Position numbers and translations under genes: made by a program
Assembly: GCA_000934665.2 (NCBI GenBank)
Contig: JYFJ02002743.1
Coordinates: 1-58,880 of the forward strand
Direction: 5' to 3'
Length of the DNA stretch: 58,880 nucleotides
Origin: Catajapyx aquilonaris
Taxonomy: Eukaryota
Notes under the pieces: generated by a model
Told to the model about the DNA's origin: nothing
Database searches by the model: none
What the model saw: the letters and a program-made list of their open reading frames with translations, nothing else
Shown: positions 52,077-58,880 of the stretch, one piece after another
Layout of the letters: each line of letters starts with the position of its first letter
Numbering within the stretch: the stretch's first letter is position 1

Positions 52077-52366
52077 ACGGGTCTTCAATTAGTTCTGGGG
52101 ACGGAAATGGGACTTTTTACTGTAACTGTGGGGACATTTTCAAATTGTGGGGACATTTCTGGTCCCCACAATTGATTTCACCTGTTGTTGGGTACATCTT
52201 TAGTGGGGACATGTCCCCACAATTGGGTCTCTTTAAAACCCATTTATCTCAGCCTAGGTTAGTTAGGGTAGGGTAAGTTAGGTTAGGTTAGGTTAGCATA
52301 GTTTATGTTAGGACAAACTAGGTTTCAAAAGTTGTGTTAGCCATGTCCCCACAGCTAATGGCGTGC
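52077..52366. mobile_element. TIR element with ggggac/gtcccc subrepeats and an internal degenerate (TTAGG)n run (52254-52296)
   Basis: attagttctggggac / gtccccacagctaat inverted pair. Confidence 0.55.
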
Positions 52367-53297
52367 AAACATGTGTGTGCCTGTAACTTGCAACGATCAG
52401 CCATAAAGCAAGGGAGTAGTCACTGTGACCGACCGTGACAAAGGGGCATGGGGGAGATAACCTCTGGTTGAAAGTAACAGTTTAGCGCGATACTACTGTA
52501 GATGAATTTGTACAGTACACACTGTATAGAGAGTGCTGAAGGGCTTCGTATTAACCTCTTTTTTTGTTTTAACAGGGGGTGTCCATAGAAAGCCTCCATG
52601 AGTCTACCCTTCTTCCTGTCGTTTCCAGCAAAGCGGCTGGCAATGAAAATGTGTGCCCACGCTGATTGGCCAATCCCATTTGAAGCGAGTAAACCTGGAT
52701 CGAAATATGAAGGATGGAAATGAGCAAGACTCCGAGTCTCATATTTCGAGTTGGTGGGGGGGAAGGAGAGGGGTTGGCGCAAAGGCCGGATCATATGGAT
52801 GGCCTATTAGCAGATGAGAAAAGGAGAGGGAGGAAGAGAAGGGTGAAAGGCAAAGCATTTTCCATCCCATCGGTCAAATTGCACCCCCCCCCCTTTTCTG
52901 CCAGTAATAAGAGCTGTAAGCCAACGTTCCTTTTCATCCAGTCCAATAGAGCGGAGCTAACGTCATTGATTTTACGTCAGACCTGCTGCCGACAGCCACC
53001 CAGCCAACCAGCAAGGAGAGAAGAAACAAGGGGGAAAAAAAGAGGATTGGCACGCTTGATTCCTTAAAATAAAATAAAACTATGTCCGTGTGATTGGCAC
53101 CCCTACAGGTTCATCAGCCAATCCTGGCGCCCGAAGGACGGTTGGCACCACCTGGACGGAAGGAGTGCCAAACAGTCACATTAGCACCCTTTGTCAGGTT
53201 GGCACCACTGCTGGTTTGGCACCGACTTTACATTTTTTACATTTTTTTGAACAGTACTATTGTGGTCTTTGATAGGGAAAGGAACCCCAGGGCTATC

Positions 53298-53504
53298 CAT
53301 GGTGGTCCAAGTTCAAGTGTCGTTTTATAACGGCGATTAATAGCAGTGATTTTGCGATGATGTAGCAGCGACGCGTAAGATGTCCCACTTCGGCGCATCT
53401 TCGGCGCCATCGAAGTGGGCAATTTTACACGTCGCTGCTACGTCATCGTTAAGCGCTTCTATTAATCGCCGTTATAAAACGACACTTGAACTTGGACCAC
53501 CCTG
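53298..53504. mobile_element. Hairpin MITE, family B copy 4
   Basis: Matches 36091-36297; left end mutated (tc-catggtgg), right end caccctg-ta. Confidence 0.9.
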
Positions 53505-53715
53505 TATACTCATAAACAGTTATTTAGTTGTATAAATAATGTGAACATTTAATAAGTATTATTGTCACATTTATATATACCAGTACTTATAATTTGATTA
53601 TTTGTTGTCAAAAAATTAATCCAATTATAATTCTAAATCCATATTTTTGACTTTCTTGAACAATGCTAATGTGGTATTTGATACGGAAAGGAGCCCCAGG
53701 GCTCATGGAGAGTTA

Positions 53716-53890
53716 AGGCCCATTCACACAGGCCGTCGACGGTTTTGGTTTTGGTTTTGGTTTTGGTTTTGGACCAATCAGAGCGGGCCCTCACGTAAAC
53801 AACGCGTCATGGTTACCGTGAGGGCCCGCTCTGATTGGTCCAAAACCAAAACCATAACCAAAACCGTCGACGGCCTGTGTGAATGGGCCT
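53716..53890. mobile_element. PIF/Harbinger hairpin MITE, family D
   Basis: aggcccattcacacaggccgtcgacgg.. / ..ccgtcgacggcctgtgtgaatgggcct, TTA TSD, internal (GGTTTT)n/(AAAACC)n. Confidence 0.9.
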
Positions 53891-54081
53891 TTATTCGGCT
53901 GTATTAATGTAAATAATATGAATATTTAATAAATGGTATTGGCCTATTTATGTGTTGTATTTATTAGTAGTGTTGTAAGAATTCATGTAGCTCATTTTAT
54001 AGTGTAGCATATATGGCAAGACTGCTGCAGTATTGTTATTATAAATTCTGCTTTTTGATGAACGTTGGCCCATTTTCGAGT

Positions 54082-54159
54082 TAAACAATAAATTATAAGC
54101 GCTACGATGGATAAAATAATCTTATTTTATCCATCGTAGCGCTTATAATTTATTGTTTA
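54082..54159. repeat. Perfect 78-bp palindrome (38-bp arms, 2-nt loop)
   Basis: taaacaataaattataagcgctacgatggataaaataa-tc-ttattttatccatcgtagcgcttataatttattgttta. Confidence 0.95.
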
Positions 54160-54928
54160 TCTTAATGAACCTTTCGTAGTGATACTGCAACAATTCTTTA
54201 GTATTGTAAGAAAAAGGTCAGGGATAGGATCGCACAAAATTCGAGTGAAGGTATGTCACTCAAATTTGAGGTCTTGAGAATAGTCAAACTGAGACGAATA
54301 TATTTATGCTCAAATAGTCACATAGTGCTCAAACTGATTCAAGTAATGCTCACATTTTGAGTGACATAAAAGTGCTCAGTAAACGACTCAAATTGATTGC
54401 TTCCAATTTTAAGGTGAATGTTGAGTGAAAAATCACTCAAATGGGGCTAAAAACCACCCAAAAAAATTTACAGAGTACGTATCACAGATGTTGACAAACT
54501 TTGGCTTATTGTTATCTATGAGGCACATCGAGTTTCGAGTGTATGTAACGCAAACGTTACAACCAAACAAACTTCCTAAAATATATTGTATGTACGATGC
54601 TACCTTTACTGCCACCCCAACATACCCGGCCCCTCTGCTAGTGGCTAGCCCCAACTAGCCCTCTGTAAAGTAGACAGCGATCACTGATTAGCCTCTTACA
54701 AACCTGTCAAACGCCGTTAGCAATGCTGATCCGTCTGCTCATCTTCTCCTTAGGCTCCAGTGTTTGGTCCAGTTGTGCAGACGTCCCGGACCTGGACCTG
54801 GAAAAGGCAAACAATGTCACTTCGGCCATCTCAGTTACCATGGGGTTAACTCCGTTAACAGTAACTCCAGCATCTTACATTTTTCTGATCAGTAATGCCT
54901 ATTAATTCGTGCCATAAGTGAAAAATAA

Positions 54929-54929
<1 letters not shown>

Positions 54930-54996
<67 letters not shown>
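54930..54996. repeat. (GTA)n microsatellite
   Basis: Directly visible. Confidence 0.95.
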
Positions 54997-55320
54997 ATAA
55001 TTGAGTATCGACACCGATCGACACCTAATGCAGCTCTTGCAGTAGTAGAAAAGTTGACAGCCATCTTCGATTATCCGTGACTTATTATAACATCTTATGC
55101 CCTAACCGTGTGAAATTAAAATGAAGTTAAATTTCAAACCACTGTACCTTCCTCGTTAGCCATGTTTAAATACTCCATATTAACCTGGTGCGGATTATCC
55201 GTGCGGGGCCAAAAATTAAAATTACAAATCAAATCAGTTTTTTTTCTTTTTTGTGGATACAACAGGTGAGCTGCGCGAGTGTGGGTGCGCACTAGGTTTC
55301 GCTCGTAAAAAAACCCAGCT

Positions 55321-55802
55321 GTAGTACCGTATCTCACATAGATGGCCCGTCCTCTCTGCACATTACTGCCACTCTCAGGGGAGGTGTGGTGGCCGTGATG
55401 GTAACGTCACAGCTTGCTGAGTGAAAGGCCCCAGGTTCGATCCCCGCCTGGGGAACTTTCCTTTCACCTGCGTCGGGAGGGTCTCTGACCTGCACCAAGG
55501 AGGTGTCTGGCAACCTAACCTCCTGGGGGACAGCACATGACCCATGTTGTAGACATTGCACTTGCACCCCATGTTCCCCCCCCAAAAATCCCTACCCATC
55601 CCCTACATCCTTGACTCCTTGCACCGGTGACTGAAGAAAAATGACAGAGAAAACTGATGGAGGTGTGCCACCCCCCAAATAGGCCATTGATGCCTGGCAC
55701 GGGGTAAATTTTTTTAAAAAAATACTGCCACTCTCAGGCTGCTACTACTACATCACATCACGGAGCGGTGATGACTCACCCCGGACAAACAGAGGCACAG
55801 AC
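55321..55802 (+). repeat. Family X element copy 4, split by SINE-C
   Basis: gtagtacc..atagatggc..ctctctgcacattactgcc on the left; ggtgatgactcaccccggacaaacagaggcac on the right. Confidence 0.6.
55380..55722 (+). mobile_element. tRNA-derived SINE (SINE-C), full length with 16-bp TSD
   Basis: TSD tactgccactctcagg at 55364-55379 and 55723-55738; A box tggccgtgatgg, B box ggttcgatccc; A tail. Confidence 0.85.
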
Positions 55803-57064
55803 TGCAGCCAATTCTATATGTCCAGACCTGTTGGTCAGCAGTGTTTTGCCAGCTCAAGAGAGGTCAGCGATTGTTGCTTCTCTTTTAACATGGGTTGCCA
55901 GGGTGAGCAACAAGTTTCCTCCGCCATAGTGTATGTTGTGAACTTGAGCTGCAGTTGTGATGGTCAGCCTGCGAGTTCAGCAGGGCATAACATGGCTTGT
56001 AGACGTGCAGGTTACTTGCATAATGCATGCAGTACACACACACAAACTGTACTGTACTGCACGCATGGACCGTACTCGCTGAAACGTCAACATCAGCCCG
56101 CGCACTTTGATTTATTATGACTTGTCCAACAGAGGAAAATTCCAGATGGAAAAAAAACACAGCTTCAAACCCCCGCTTTTTAAGTTTAATTATACAAACC
56201 ATCTAGGACTAGTTGCACCAAAATTCGGATCAAGAAAATAAAACGAGGAATTGTTGACTCTAGCAACCAATATAAATGGAAGCATTAACCTTTTTTTGTC
56301 ATTGAATGCAGCGTGATTTGTTTTCAAATTTATTTATTTTTTTTGTCCAGTGTCATTAGTTCGATCCTAATTTTTCCCCCAGCATATTCTGTGGGTAATG
56401 AGTGTTTGTACACCACCTGCTACAGTACGTATCCCTTCGAGTCAATTAGAGTGTACATTACAGTGGGAGGCAGTCACATTGATGGGGTTGCCCCCCCTCT
56501 CCTTTCGGTTCAGTGAATGTGAAGGATAGTGTGCACTGGATCTGGCAACAATAATTATGCAAAGCGAGTACAGTGATTTTTTTGCGATCGATTCCCCCCT
56601 CCCCCACCCCCCACCCCCTTTTTTGCGGTTTGCAGGAATACTCGTCTGGACCGCAAGGGAACGATGCAATGACCACATTATAAGTACCTGTACTTGAACA
56701 TGCAAGAGATGGTCATGCAGGGTACAGTTGGCAACTCTGGAGTGTTTACTGGAGTAAATGCATTTTTTATTCTTCAAAGATAATTATTATGATGGGCAGA
56801 TTATGGGAATGTGTGGTCCAGATCAACGCGCGCCAAACCCAGTTTAATTTGCAAACAAATTGCAGCAAATGAATAAAGCAATCACGATGAGTATGGAATG
56901 TTGAGTACTTTGGATTGTTCTCTTCGTGTAATAAATTAAGCATTGCCAGTACTTCATAAGCGATATAACGCAATAAATGTCGAATGCAACTAAAATTTTA
57001 AAAGCATAACTGCAACGACGCTCTCTCTCTCTCTACTCTCATTAATATCACATTGTATTATTAT

Positions 57065-57081
57065 TAATAATAATAATAATA

Positions 57082-57162
<81 letters not shown>
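57065..57162. repeat. (AAT)n microsatellite
   Basis: Directly visible; source of the poly-Leu ORF. Confidence 0.95.
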
Positions 57163-57205
57163 GGTATAATTGGGAAGCCACCATAAATATAACTGCATTA
57201 CTTAA

Positions 57206-57341
57206 CCCTGTAATGCCCACTGGGTCATATTTGGCACACACCTTAGTGCAATTTTTGCAATTTTTGCAATTTTTATATTTCCTGTAAGTGCCAAATTGCT
57301 CTAAATGGTGTGCCAGATATGACCCAAGGGGCATTACAGGG
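57206..57341. mobile_element. piggyBac-type small MITE
   Basis: TIR ccctgtaatgccc..tgggtcatat.tggcacac / gtgtgcca.atatgaccca..gggcattacaggg; flanks ttaa / ttac. Confidence 0.8.
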
Positions 57342-57699
57342 TTACAATAATTGAGAGGAACAAAGACGCATAATAATGAACAAAACTAACGACTTCAAAT
57401 GAATAATAACATACTAATAAAGAACTATTTTGATGAAATAATTAATAAGGCAAGCAAATGACAACAATAATGACAATATATAAGTAATGATAGGAAAGAA
57501 CAATAACAATAATTTGAGTAAAATAAATAATAAATGATGAGAACTTAACACAACTAGAAAACAACCAATTCTTAAAACCAATAAATATTTTACTATATTA
57601 TTTTAAATTATTTTTATTAGTTTGAACATTATGTATTCTTTTAAACATTTCCATTATATGAAATATTATTATATTATTATAGTAATATCTTGTTGCATA

Positions 57700-57808
57700 T
57701 TTTCGTCCCTCTGCTAGTTACTGCTAACTTACCAGTGTTGGGAATGGTACTGCTAAGTTACCAGTATTAAACTAGCAGTGGGAGGAAAATTCCACACACA
57801 CACACACA

Positions 57809-57858
<50 letters not shown>

Positions 57859-57960
57859 CTACTACTAGCCTACTACTACTAGCCTACTACTACTAGTAGT
57901 AATAGTTAGTTATCAGTAATTAGCAGTGGTAGGAAAATTCCACACATCATCATCATCAAC

Positions 57961-58003
<43 letters not shown>

Positions 58004-58041
58004 GAGTAGTAGTAGGAGTAGAGTAGTAGTAATAGGAGTAG

Positions 58042-58077
<36 letters not shown>

Positions 58078-58337
58078 GAGTAGTAGGAGTAGTAGTAGTA
58101 GTAGTAGTAGTAGTAGGAGTAGTAGTAGGAGTAGAGTAGTAGGAGTAGGAGTAGTAGTAGTAGTAGGAGTAGTAGTAGGAGTAGTAGTAGGAGTAGTAGT
58201 AGTAGTAATAGGAGTAGGAGTAGTACTACTACTACTAGTAGTACTCCTACTCCTATTACTACTACTACTACTCTACTCCTAGTAGTAGTAGGCTAGTAGT
58301 AGTAGGCTAGTAGTAGTAGTAGTAATAGTAGTAGTAG

Positions 58338-58379
<42 letters not shown>

Positions 58380-58486
58380 CGTGTGTGTGTGTGTGGAATT
58401 TTCCTCTCACTGCTAGTTACTGCTAACTTGGCAGTACCATTCCCAAACTGGTAATAAGTTAGCAGTAACTAGCAGAGGGACGAAAA
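57700..58486. repeat. Foldback: inverted family H elements plus mirrored compound microsatellites
   Basis: Left H-(CA)n-(CAT)n-ctactactagc mirrored by right gctagtagtag-(GAT)n-(GT)n-H; spacer (GTA/GGA)n with a local inversion at about 58223-58280. Confidence 0.85.
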
Positions 58487-58880
58487 CACGTAATAATAAG
58501 TAGTAGTAGGCTAGTAGTAGTAGTATTCGAAAATGATAAGTTAAAAAATTTCGTGTCAAATTTGTAATTGAATCAGGCAATTCCTGTCATGACACCCTGT
58601 ACACCCCTCGTTTTATCCCCCACCCATCCACCCACCCCATAATTACCTCATAGTAAGATGTGGTGGGAGGTAAGTATAGGGAGTGCACACGGGGGGGATA
58701 GATTGAGCCTCCCCCTCTTTTTCCGCCTGCATAAAAATTGCACATCTGCACAAAGCGCCTTCTTCCTTCCTCCCTTCCCATCCTCTCCCCACACTTTCTC
58801 TCTCATCCCCAATAGACGTTGGCACGCCGTGTACTAAATCCCCCCCCCTCCCCTTCCCCTCATCCCCCCCCACTCCCACC

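Noticed and set aside
52254..52296. True telomere or fusion site
   Set aside because: Short, degenerate and inside a TIR element

Overview
Eukaryotic, most likely arthropod, non-coding DNA (TTAGG runs, Inr/GAGA-type promoter grammar, Lep1/DINE-1-type Helitrons). No intact protein-coding gene, rRNA, true tRNA or CRISPR array is supported, and nearly all listed ORFs are chance or repeat-derived. The window alternates about 30 GC/GA-rich unique islands (about 0.4-1 kb) with repeat blocks. The repeats include Tc1/mariner-, PIF/Harbinger- and piggyBac-type MITEs with visible TIRs/TSDs, three tRNA-derived SINE families, non-autonomous Helitrons/Helentrons, a decayed I-clade LINE RT fragment, foldbacks, and mini/microsatellites. 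Best leads: (1) a candidate minus-strand promoter (GAGA + Inr + DPE-like) with a 78-nt first exon encoding MDKC and a GTAAGT donor near 49.9 kb, which would make the left 50 kb a giant intron; (2) three unrelated SINE heads sharing one 3' stem-loop tail; (3) MITE/foldback elements whose subterminal units expanded into the local minisatellites; (4) an unnamed dispersed 80-115 bp element carrying AP-1 and CTCF-like motifs. All alignments were done by eye and family assignments rest on recalled consensus features. No novel biological system is demonstrated.
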